A DNA stretch of 32,309 nucleotides from a virus (lineage: Duplodnaviria > Caudoviricetes). Every line of letters begins with the position of its first letter. Positions within the stretch are counted from its first letter, which is position 1. Of this stretch, positions 24,687-32,309 are shown one piece after another. Under the pieces are notes generated by a model that saw only the letters and a list, made by a program, of their open reading frames with translations, did not search any database and was not told the origin of the DNA. The DNA lies in the IMG/VR virus record IMGVR_UViG_3300032272_000051, positions 1 to 32,309 of that record. One strand, written 5' to 3'. The position numbers and the translations under genes were made by a program.

Positions 24687-24766
24687 TTGCAATGCAGAAC
24701 TGTGATCTATGTCACACCGTATCGATCGGATATCGAGGAAAAACCACCCTGTGGAGGGGCTAAACC

Positions 24767-25885
24767 ATGGCTGTAGAAGGCACAATATCACTCAAAGAAC
24801 TGAAGAAGCAGAACGAAAAGGAAGCGGAGGAACTTGCAAAGGCTGAAGAAGCCACCCTAAAAGCCAAAGAGGACAGTCTTTATGAAGATGACCTGGGAGA
24901 TAACGACGAACTCACAGATGATGAGAATCAGGTTTCTGGGGATGACGATGCAGATCCCGATGTTTCAGGTGAAGGGGATGCTGCAGGAGATGACAGCGAA
25001 GGGGATCCTGATGCTGATGATCAAGATCCAGATAAAGAAACTAAAACTGAAGATTGGATGCTTGATGATGAAGGAAACGCTCCGGATCCAGAAAAGAAAT
25101 ATACTGATTCGGATGCCGGTAAGATCAGGAAGAAGTACAAAGGCACGATCGATGAACTCAAGCAGGAAATAGCCCAGCTAAAAGAGGCAAAGCCCCAGCC
25201 TGGGACTCAAAAGCCCATAATTCCCAATGTATCCGACCTCAAAGAGCCAGAGCGGGACAAATTCAAGTCCGACCTGGAGTATCTGGAAGCCAGGCAGGAC
25301 TATAAAGCCGAAATAGCAAGGCGCGAGATACTGACACACCAGCAAGCCCAGCAAATCGAGCAGAAACAGACAGAAGCCGAGCAAAAAGCCAATGAGGAAG
25401 TGGACAGCCACTATGCCCGAGCTCATGCCCTGGTCCAGAAGTCCGGGATAAAGCCGGAACGCTACCAGGAAGCCGATACCATCGTGAGAAAGACTCTCGA
25501 GGAGCGATTCCCTGGATCTGGTGAGAAAGTCACCGACAGCCTGATTGCCAGGCTGGGTGAAGGCTCGGAGAAGGTTATATTTAACCTGGGTGTGAACAAG
25601 GAAAGGATGAATACCTTCCTCGGCAAGTTTGATTCGGATCCATCTGGGCTGTCATCTGCCATGTATCTGGAGTCTTTAAAGGCGAAGCTTGGCGCTGGTG
25701 GTAATACCCGGAGTAATGCTCCTCCTCCTCCCCACCAGCTTGGTGGCGATGGAAAGCCGGATGGTGGACTGAAGCGATCATTGCTGAAAGCCTACCGAGC
25801 AGCGCATTCCAAGCGTGATGGACAGGCAGCATGGGCCGCGAAGAAGAAGGCGAAGGCTGCAGGTATTGATGTGAGCGAGTGGTAG
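24767..25885 (+). CDS. Scaffolding protein (P22 gp8-like)
   Basis: 372 aa; acidic N-terminus, coiled coil, HY.RA..L.....YQEA, SEK....LG.N.E and a basic C-terminal helix; GGAGG RBS; lies between portal and coat. Confidence 0.85.
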   Translation: MAVEGTISLKELKKQNEKEAEELAKAEEATLKAKEDSLYEDDLGDNDELTDDENQVSGDDDADPDVSGEGDAAGDDSEGDPDADDQDPDKETKTEDWMLDDEGNAPDPEKKYTDSDAGKIRKKYKGTIDELKQEIAQLKEAKPQPGTQKPIIPNVSDLKEPERDKFKSDLEYLEARQDYKAEIARREILTHQQAQQIEQKQTEAEQKANEEVDSHYARAHALVQKSGIKPERYQEADTIVRKTLEERFPGSGEKVTDSLIARLGEGSEKVIFNLGVNKERMNTFLGKFDSDPSGLSSAMYLESLKAKLGAGGNTRSNAPPPPHQLGGDGKPDGGLKRSLLKAYRAAHSKRDGQAAWAAKKKAKAAGIDVSEW

Positions 25886-25928
25886 TGGGACAATGTTCCT
25901 GGTCCACTTATAACATCCTGGAGAAAGC

Positions 25929-26129
25929 ATGAAGAATAAAATGAGAAAGAAGTATGTAAGCACAGCATCTTCCCCCAAAAGGGGAGGGGCTAAATCAAAA
26001 ACAATGGGATCTGCTTCTAAGGCATCGATGGGATCATCCCGTCCACCACAAAGAGGTGGATCGAATCCCCCGACCAGGGGAACTATCGGTGCTAAAAAAC
26101 CCGGCTCAATAAGCCGTATATCTCGCTAG
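25929..26129 (+). CDS. Small, highly basic, low-complexity protein
   Basis: 66 aa with 17 K/R and no D/E; GGAG RBS; followed by a terminator. Confidence 0.6.
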   Translation: MKNKMRKKYVSTASSPKRGGAKSKTMGSASKASMGSSRPPQRGGSNPPTRGTIGAKKPGSISRISR

Positions 26130-26144
26130 TTTTCTCTCTGATTT

Positions 26145-26170
26145 AAGCCCCTTAATTGGGGCTTTTTTTT
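26145..26170 (+). terminator. Rho-independent terminator
   Basis: AAGCCCC-ttaatt-GGGGCTT followed by a T tract. Confidence 0.85.
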
Positions 26171-26349
26171 ATCTGGCGAAAAGAGGTACAATACACCCAC
26201 GGGCTGCCTAGTCCGGTTCAAATTCAGGCAAGCATACGAGATGCTCTATTCTCGGTTGAAGATCCCTGAATCGGGAGAATAACGATTCACTGGAATGCCG
26301 TACTAATTGGTACAGGCTAATTTTAACCGAGTAAATTGGAGATATTCCT

Positions 26350-27636
26350 ATGACTGCTCAAGCCGTATCGGCGGGTAAAATCGCTGAAGTAATTTTTGAG
26401 AACGCTCTGGAAACCTTCGAGTCTCAGCAAATGATGCTGAACCTTGTTGATTTCTGGCAGCCGGACGCATCTGCTCTGCAGAATTCAAACAACTATATCT
26501 GGAGAAATGTGGAGCAACACGCCCCCATTCTTTCCGGCTGGGACCTGACAGGTTCTGAAACTGGTATCATCGAAGAGACTTACCCTGCATTGCTGGGAAC
26601 TCCCACGAATGACTACGTTACGCTACGCGCTGACAATCTTCGTGACAAGGGCTTCTGGGAACGTCGCGGTAAAGCTTCAGGTGAGCGCCAGGCTTCAAAC
26701 CTGAACTCTGCCATCGCTACTGCCATGGTCGAACAGGGCTCACTGCATTATGATAACAATGCCACTTCAGGCTTTGATTTCATCTCAGAAGGGCAAGCCC
26801 TGATGAATGAAAGACAGCTTGCAAGCCCAGAACGCTGCTTCCTGCTGAATGATCGAACAAACCAGGTCTTCGGTAACGAACTTGCTGGTCGTCAGACTCT
26901 TCAGGGCCGCCCTGCGGATACCTGGAATACTGGCCAGATCGGTGCGAATGTTGCCCAGTTTGATGTATATACTGGTTCATTCCTTCCATTGCTGGATGGT
27001 GGTGCGGATCCTGCTGCGACCTGTACAGGCGCTCAGACTTTTGCCCCATCTGCTGGTTCTGTTTCAGCTACTGGTGTGGTAACTAACGTGGATTACCGCG
27101 AAGCTGATCTCACGATCTCTGCTTCTGGTTCATACACTGTTGGTGACAAGATCCATCTGACTAACCCAGGTACTGGTGTTATCAATGCTCTAGGGCTTGA
27201 TGATAAGACTGATACCGGTGTAGCGATGACTTTCACTATTGTGGACATCCCGGATGCGACTACGATCACTATCTTTCCGAAGCCTATCGCTCTGGATGAT
27301 GCTGGTCTGTCTGATCTGGAGAAAGCATACGCCAATGTCGATACCACCATCTTGAACTTGTGTGTGGTGACCAGGGTGAACACTTCTGCCTCTATCCGTC
27401 CTAACCTTTTCTGGGACAAATCTGCTGTTGAAGTAATGGGTGGCTCTGTGCCAGCCGAACTTTTCCAGGAGTTTGGTGGCAAGCGTGTGATCACTGAGAC
27501 CATGTCCAATGGTCTGACACTGTATATGCTTTACGATGGCGCGATAGCTGACATGACTCTGTCATTCAGGCTGTTCACATGGTACGGCATCACGGTGAAA
27601 AACCCGTCTGCTGTAGGTGTAGCTGAAAACCGCTAA
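26350..27636 (+). CDS. Major capsid protein (P22 gp5 coat family)
   Basis: 428 aa; Q.S.N.IW..VEQ.AP...GWDLTG..TGI.E......LG.P.ND...LRAD.LRD, PKPIALDD..LS...KAYANV.T and R...WYG....NP..VGV match the P22 coat. Confidence 0.96.
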   Translation: MTAQAVSAGKIAEVIFENALETFESQQMMLNLVDFWQPDASALQNSNNYIWRNVEQHAPILSGWDLTGSETGIIEETYPALLGTPTNDYVTLRADNLRDKGFWERRGKASGERQASNLNSAIATAMVEQGSLHYDNNATSGFDFISEGQALMNERQLASPERCFLLNDRTNQVFGNELAGRQTLQGRPADTWNTGQIGANVAQFDVYTGSFLPLLDGGADPAATCTGAQTFAPSAGSVSATGVVTNVDYREADLTISASGSYTVGDKIHLTNPGTGVINALGLDDKTDTGVAMTFTIVDIPDATTITIFPKPIALDDAGLSDLEKAYANVDTTILNLCVVTRVNTSASIRPNLFWDKSAVEVMGGSVPAELFQEFGGKRVITETMSNGLTLYMLYDGAIADMTLSFRLFTWYGITVKNPSAVGVAENR

Positions 27637-27651
27637 TCCCTACTACCTGAC

Positions 27652-27690
27652 AAGGAACGGGGGGAGTGATCCCCCCAATCCTTTTACTTT
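27652..27690 (+). terminator. Terminator downstream of the coat gene
   Basis: GGGGGGA-gtga-TCCCCCC stem extended by AAGGA/TCCTT, then a T-rich tail. Confidence 0.7.
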
Positions 27691-27705
27691 ACCCAGGATC
27701 CCTCT

Positions 27706-28443
27706 ATGAGTACGAAAGCCGATATCATAAACGCTGCCTTCGAGGATATAAGGATCTCTGGTATTACTGTTTCACAAGGTCCCTCCGGCAATGTCATTGC
27801 CCTGAATCGTCTTGAAGAAATGATGGCTCAGTATCTGGAAGGGCAGAACATCGATGTAAACTACAATTTTGAAGAAACCCCGGACATCAACTCCCCAACA
27901 GGGGTGACGATTGCCCATAACACCATGATGGTGGCGAACCTTGCCACACGGGTGGTGACTGCCTACGGAAAATCTATCCCGCAAGAACTCTATTTAAGAG
28001 CCAGGGGTGGACTGAATTCCAGCGCATCAATTACAGCGCGAAACAGAACAAATCAAATTCAACCATCTTCCAGGATGCCCAGAGGTTCTGGCAACACCCT
28101 GAGAGAACCGACCTGGGTGAGATACAACCACCCGGTTTCACTACCACCGACTGTCCCTGGAGTGGAGAATATCCTATCTGGCGAAACCCAGAACTTTACT
28201 TCAGATTTCTCTGCCTGGCTGGGTGACAATACGATCGCCACTGCCACCCTGGTCGCTGATCCCCGGATAACGATCGACTCTTCAAGCACTTCAGGAGGGA
28301 CTGTCTCATATACTGTCACAGCGACAGAGAATGCATCATACGGTCCATGGCAATATGTACAGATCACTGTTACAGATAGTGCTGGTCGAGTGAATATCAG
28401 GCTAATCAGTTTCGAGGTGATTGATCCACCCGAGGTAGGCTGA
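27706..28443 (+). CDS. Head-tail adaptor (P22 gp4-like) with C-terminal beta-sandwich extension
   Basis: TK.DII.AA........AL..LE.MMA...Y.F...NLA.R....YG...RMP.GSGN matches gp4, plus about 90 extra C-terminal residues. Confidence 0.88.
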   Translation: MSTKADIINAAFEDIRISGITVSQGPSGNVIALNRLEEMMAQYLEGQNIDVNYNFEETPDINSPTGVTIAHNTMMVANLATRVVTAYGKSIPQELYLRARGGLNSSASITARNRTNQIQPSSRMPRGSGNTLREPTWVRYNHPVSLPPTVPGVENILSGETQNFTSDFSAWLGDNTIATATLVADPRITIDSSSTSGGTVSYTVTATENASYGPWQYVQITVTDSAGRVNIRLISFEVIDPPEVG

Positions 28444-29861
28444 TGCCCCAGCAAGAATTAAAAGTAAATCTCATCAAGGGCGATAAACATGGCTCTAATG
28501 TAGATTATCGTGACAACCTCCCCGTGAACATGACTGCAGTCATTCGCCCTGTACTGGGCGCTGATGGCTATATGCATGAAGAACCAGGGCTGACTCAGAT
28601 TGGAACTGGCGCCGGCACTGATCGTGGTGGTGTCTGGAACGAACAGCAAAACAAGCATTTTCGCGTTAATGGGGGTGTTTTTGGCTCTGTTGATGCCGAT
28701 GGGACCTGGAATGCACTCGGCACTGTTGGTGCTTCAGCAGGTCCAGTTTCCCTCCCTTATTCAGTGAATACCCAGGCAATCATCATCAATACAAAGTATT
28801 GGCTATATGATGCCACCAATGGGCTGAGAGAGGTCATTGATCCTGAACTCGGGACACCGATCGATGGTGTCTGGGTGGACTCCCTTTATGTCTTTACTGA
28901 TGGTGACTTCCTATTTCATACGGATGCTGCAGATGAATCTGCGATCGATCCGCTCAAATTCTCGGGATCTGACTTCTCACCTGATCCGATCCTGGGTGTG
29001 GGACTGACAACAGACAATAAGCTGATGGCTTTCAACCGGTACTCTATCGAGTATTTCGTGAATGAAGCCACTGCCGACTTCCAATTCACCAGGATCCCCT
29101 CCAGGAACGTGCGATATGGGCTTGTGGCTACTCATCTCAAGGCTGAGATAGGTGGGCAATGGTTCATGGTGGGCGGCCCTAAAAACGGTGATATAAGCGT
29201 ATACGCTGTCGAATCAGGTGGAGCGCAATCGATCGCCTCCCGTGAAGTGGTTAAAATTCTGCAGACTTACAATGAAGAAGACCTGGCAGATGCTTGGATG
29301 GAAACCCGGAAAGGTGACGATTATTCCTATATTATTCTCCAGCTTCCGAATCACACCCTGAAGTGTAATCTCAATATCCTGGGGAGTTTTGGGAAAGAGA
29401 TGGCATGGACCAGGCTGAAAACGGACACCACTGGCGATAAAACCTGGAGAGCATCCCATGGGATATATGATCCCCGGCTGGCTGAGTGGGTGTTTGGTGA
29501 CAAGCGAGATGCCACTATCGGTGTGCTGGATGAATCGGTAGCGACTCATTACGGCGCCACTGTCGAGTGGATCCTGGATACTCCCTTTGTCTATTTGAGC
29601 CAGATGTCGATCGATGAGCTCGAGATATTTACAATACCAGGGTTTAACACGGATGATGATGCCTCTGTCCAGGTCTCAATAACCTATGACGGAGTCCACT
29701 ATGGAACTGAAGCATCGATCGCCTATGGCGCTCCAGGCGCATACTCCCAAGAATTTATTATTTACCGGCTCGGATATGTTGATGATTGGTTCAGCATGAG
29801 GCTACGAGGGCAGACGAAGTCCCGGATGGCTTTCGCTCAGGCGAGGTTTAAATATGGCTGA
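28443..29861 (+). CDS. Packaged-DNA stabilisation / tail hub protein (P22 gp10-like)
   Basis: 472 aa; IKG......DY.D.LPVNM.A....VL.A.GY....PG........G..RG..WN..Q....RV.GG and S..PD.I.G match gp10. Confidence 0.93.
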   Translation: MPQQELKVNLIKGDKHGSNVDYRDNLPVNMTAVIRPVLGADGYMHEEPGLTQIGTGAGTDRGGVWNEQQNKHFRVNGGVFGSVDADGTWNALGTVGASAGPVSLPYSVNTQAIIINTKYWLYDATNGLREVIDPELGTPIDGVWVDSLYVFTDGDFLFHTDAADESAIDPLKFSGSDFSPDPILGVGLTTDNKLMAFNRYSIEYFVNEATADFQFTRIPSRNVRYGLVATHLKAEIGGQWFMVGGPKNGDISVYAVESGGAQSIASREVVKILQTYNEEDLADAWMETRKGDDYSYIILQLPNHTLKCNLNILGSFGKEMAWTRLKTDTTGDKTWRASHGIYDPRLAEWVFGDKRDATIGVLDESVATHYGATVEWILDTPFVYLSQMSIDELEIFTIPGFNTDDDASVQVSITYDGVHYGTEASIAYGAPGAYSQEFIIYRLGYVDDWFSMRLRGQTKSRMAFAQARFKYG

Positions 29862-30204
29862 GGTAGTGAACAGAACGCTCCGGCTGAATGCCAGTGAACT
29901 GAGGGAGATGACAGGATGGCCTGAAGCCATGATCGAGGAGTTTCTGTCATTACTGGATAACCTGAACTCAGTGATTATCAGCAACAACAGCACTGTTACT
30001 GTGGTTGAAGAGACTTCAGAAATCGCATCGGCAGCAGATGGGCAGATTGGCTGGATCATATCCAGGATGAAAGACCTGGGGAAGGATATCGCTGCTGTTG
30101 AAGAACTTGTTGCCCAGGCTAATTCGTGGGCATTAAAGGCGATAAAAAGAGAGTCAGGTGTTAAAATGTCCCAGATTGCTGCAAGGATAAATGCTGGACA
30201 ATGA
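29854..30204 (+). CDS. Short tail-needle-like protein (P22 gp26 N-terminus-like)
   Basis: Located after gp10; RLNAS.L....WP....E...coiled coil resembles the gp26 N-terminus. Confidence 0.5.
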   Translation: MAEVVNRTLRLNASELREMTGWPEAMIEEFLSLLDNLNSVIISNNSTVTVVEETSEIASAADGQIGWIISRMKDLGKDIAAVEELVAQANSWALKAIKRESGVKMSQIAARINAGQ

Positions 30205-31784
30205 TAAGATTAAAAGGTGTCAATACACAGCTAGAAGTGGTCCTCGGTGAATCCGTAGGATCAGAACTTGATGTTGTCTGCTCATACGGCAATATCAAAT
30301 TCACCTCAGCAGAACTGACTGACCTGGATAGCCGGGCGCTCAAAACCACAAACACAACCCCCATCATCATTGCCGGCCCTTCTGCCTCAGAGACTGATAC
30401 TGTCGGTGTCGAGCAGATCAGCATATACAATGACAATGGCAGGGCTCACACAGTAAAAGTCCAGATTAACGATGGTATTGACACTTTCGTGATCAAGGGC
30501 GCGACACTTCAGCCTGGAGATTCCCTTCTCTATGATAATGGCTGGGCTGTCGAAAAAAAAAATAATATAGGATCGTCCAGCAATACCACCACCACCCCAT
30601 TAAGCCCATCTCAGGAATTCATTGGCCCCTGGGAGAATGTGGACGAGCGCGACATAATTGCCTCGATTGAATGCGACACCAATGCCACCAGCTACTTTGA
30701 GTTTTCTGATGATCAGATAAATTTCGTTTCCGTCCCACCAGAGGGACACCCTTTATTCCCTGGCAACCATGAATTCCATGTAAAAGAAAAGGCTGGGCGA
30801 TTCTTCAGGCTGAGGATCCACAATGGCTTAACAGCCATGACTTACCTGAGAGCCTATACCTACTATGGTGAGTATCGAACACCTACGGCATCCCTGAATC
30901 AATCGCTCTCAGGTGATGCTGATGCCACTACCACCAGGCCCTCAGACTTCTTTGACGAAGTGGCGATCGGTCGAAGGGAGGAGACTCACTCTCATGTAAT
31001 GTTTGGCAACCGATCGGTGCTTAATATCGCTGATGGATCTGCCCTGATATGCCCTGACAATACAACCAACACCCCCACAATCATTACGGCCCCTGACACC
31101 TATACGATCACTTACACCCCTGCCAGCGATGGACTGGGAACTAATGGGGCCTTGTCTCTCCTGATTGAGCATATCGATCAGAATGGCGAAGAACAGTATG
31201 ATGTCCACACCCTGAGCAATACTGGATCTGATGTCACCAGCTTCAGTGGGTACGGGGTGAATGGAATGACTGTCCTGAGTAGTGGGGCAGCATCCCCAGC
31301 AGTAAATGACAATAATGTCGCTGCGATCTCGATCGAGGATACTACTGGTGGCAATGTCTTTACCTATATGCCAGCAGCTACTGGCATCTCAAAAACTCTG
31401 GTATTTTACTGCCCATTCAATGCCACAGCAGTTTTGAAAAAGACCAGGCTGAGTGCCACAAAAATCACAGGGGCAACCCCGGTGATCTCCTGGCGTGGAA
31501 AAGTGTGGGTGAGAAATACTGGCATCACGATCGATGCCTACGAAGAGGACATGGATACTGCTCTGGATAACAGGCTGGAAGAGGATCCAGGATACGCTAT
31601 CGATTCCGGCAATGTAGTCTGGGTCGAGGCAGAAACAGACAAGAATGCTTCAGTGGTGTCGGGACGCTTTGTTATAGTAACTTACAATAATGGGATCCTG
31701 GCTGCTGCAGGTACAGGTTTATATGCGGGTGCTACAATAGCTGAACACGCGATCGGAGAGATCGGAATTGGAGGAAATTCATAA
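30201..31784 (+). CDS. Putative tail/fibre structural protein
   Basis: 527 aa, Thr/Ser/Gly-rich and beta-rich (SSSNTTTTPLS...FIGPWE motif), in the tail module. Confidence 0.65.
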   Translation: MIRLKGVNTQLEVVLGESVGSELDVVCSYGNIKFTSAELTDLDSRALKTTNTTPIIIAGPSASETDTVGVEQISIYNDNGRAHTVKVQINDGIDTFVIKGATLQPGDSLLYDNGWAVEKKNNIGSSSNTTTTPLSPSQEFIGPWENVDERDIIASIECDTNATSYFEFSDDQINFVSVPPEGHPLFPGNHEFHVKEKAGRFFRLRIHNGLTAMTYLRAYTYYGEYRTPTASLNQSLSGDADATTTRPSDFFDEVAIGRREETHSHVMFGNRSVLNIADGSALICPDNTTNTPTIITAPDTYTITYTPASDGLGTNGALSLLIEHIDQNGEEQYDVHTLSNTGSDVTSFSGYGVNGMTVLSSGAASPAVNDNNVAAISIEDTTGGNVFTYMPAATGISKTLVFYCPFNATAVLKKTRLSATKITGATPVISWRGKVWVRNTGITIDAYEEDMDTALDNRLEEDPGYAIDSGNVVWVEAETDKNASVVSGRFVIVTYNNGILAAAGTGLYAGATIAEHAIGEIGIGGNS

Positions 31785-32309
31785 TGGCCAGAGTATATGC
31801 TTCTCGGGTAAAAGAAACGACTACCACTACCGGGACGGGAACTCTGGACCTGGATGGTGCTGTAGCTAATTTTGTAAGTTTTGTTGATGGTGTCGCTACG
31901 ACAAATGAGTGTAAATACCTCATTGTGGGTGATGCTGACTGGGAGATCGGTGTCGGTGTAGTCACTGATGCTGCCCCTGATACGCTTTCCAGGGTGACTG
32001 TCGAGGACTCCAGCAATGCTGGTGCTTTGGTAGACTTCCCTGCTGGCACGAAATATGTCTCATGCGTGATGACTGGTGCTGATCTGGCGATCGGAAACCA
32101 GGAACTCTACTTCCCTGCTGGCTCGATGGTTGCGCAGACTACCAGTGGTGCTGCTGCTGGATCTGTTGAAACCACGACCAATCAGGTCATGATATCCACC
32201 CTGGACTTTGATGCTGCCGCCGATGAATTCGCGCAATTTTCTTTCCAGGCGCCGACAAACTGGGATGAAGGCACAATCACTGCAAGGTTTTTATGGAGTC
32301 ACCCGGTAG
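31784..32309 (+). CDS. 3'-truncated tail-fibre protein (not in the ORF track)
   Basis: TAATG overlap, GGAGG RBS; MARVYASRVKETTTTTGTGTLDLDGAV...WEIGVG......TLSR.TV..SSN.GALVDFPAGTK.V is a common fibre N-terminal domain; open to the window end. Confidence 0.85.
   Translation, partial: MARVYASRVKETTTTTGTGTLDLDGAVANFVSFVDGVATTNECKYLIVGDADWEIGVGVVTDAAPDTLSRVTVEDSSNAGALVDFPAGTKYVSCVMTGADLAIGNQELYFPAGSMVAQTTSGAAAGSVETTTNQVMISTLDFDAAADEFAQFSFQAPTNWDEGTITARFLWSHPV

Noticed and set aside
24500-24763. 87-aa + strand ORF between the giant gene and scaffold
   Set aside because: Overlaps the better-supported - strand gene with the GGAGGT RBS and spans the promoter-like AT-rich gap.
24880-25080. Asp/Gly-rich low-complexity stretch (GDD/DAD/DPD units) in the scaffold
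   Set aside because: Acidic disordered N-terminal regions are common in P22-like scaffolds; not a distinct repeat element.
26195-26335. tRNA or group I intron in the coat leader
   Set aside because: No T-loop (TTCRA) in a cloverleaf context and no CCA end; too short and lacking recognisable P7 core elements.

Overview
The window is most of the genome of a P22-like (short-tailed) dsDNA phage, probably infecting a Gram-negative proteobacterium, linearised within the tail-gene region. Left to right it contains: (i) the end of a tail/fibre module (1-1220, +); (ii) a leftward early operon (1254-6798, -) with csrA, a Gp157-like protein, a putative Rad52/Sak-like annealase, a replication-initiator-like fragment and an HTH regulator, but no recognisable integrase, polymerase, primase or helicase; (iii) a divergent control region, and a structured non-coding segment with a candidate sRNA; (iv) a rightward operon with a dCMP-deaminase-like gene, a C5-cytosine methyltransferase containing a nested out-of-frame M.EcoHK31I-beta-like gene, NinB/NinG-like genes and a DUF5675 lysis cassette; (v) P22-type morphogenesis genes terS, terL, portal, scaffold, coat, gp4, gp10, gp26-like and tail proteins. 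The standout is a 1796-aa protein inserted between portal and scaffold. It has a pre-toxin-like N-terminal hairpin, five tandem ADP-ribosyltransferase-like (ART-PolyVal-type) modules and an unknown C-terminal domain, and is followed by a convergent small acidic gene with a strong RBS, giving a candidate virion-delivered effector/immunity system. CCWGG and CGATCG also look several-fold over-represented. All family assignments come from motif recognition by eye; no database search was run.
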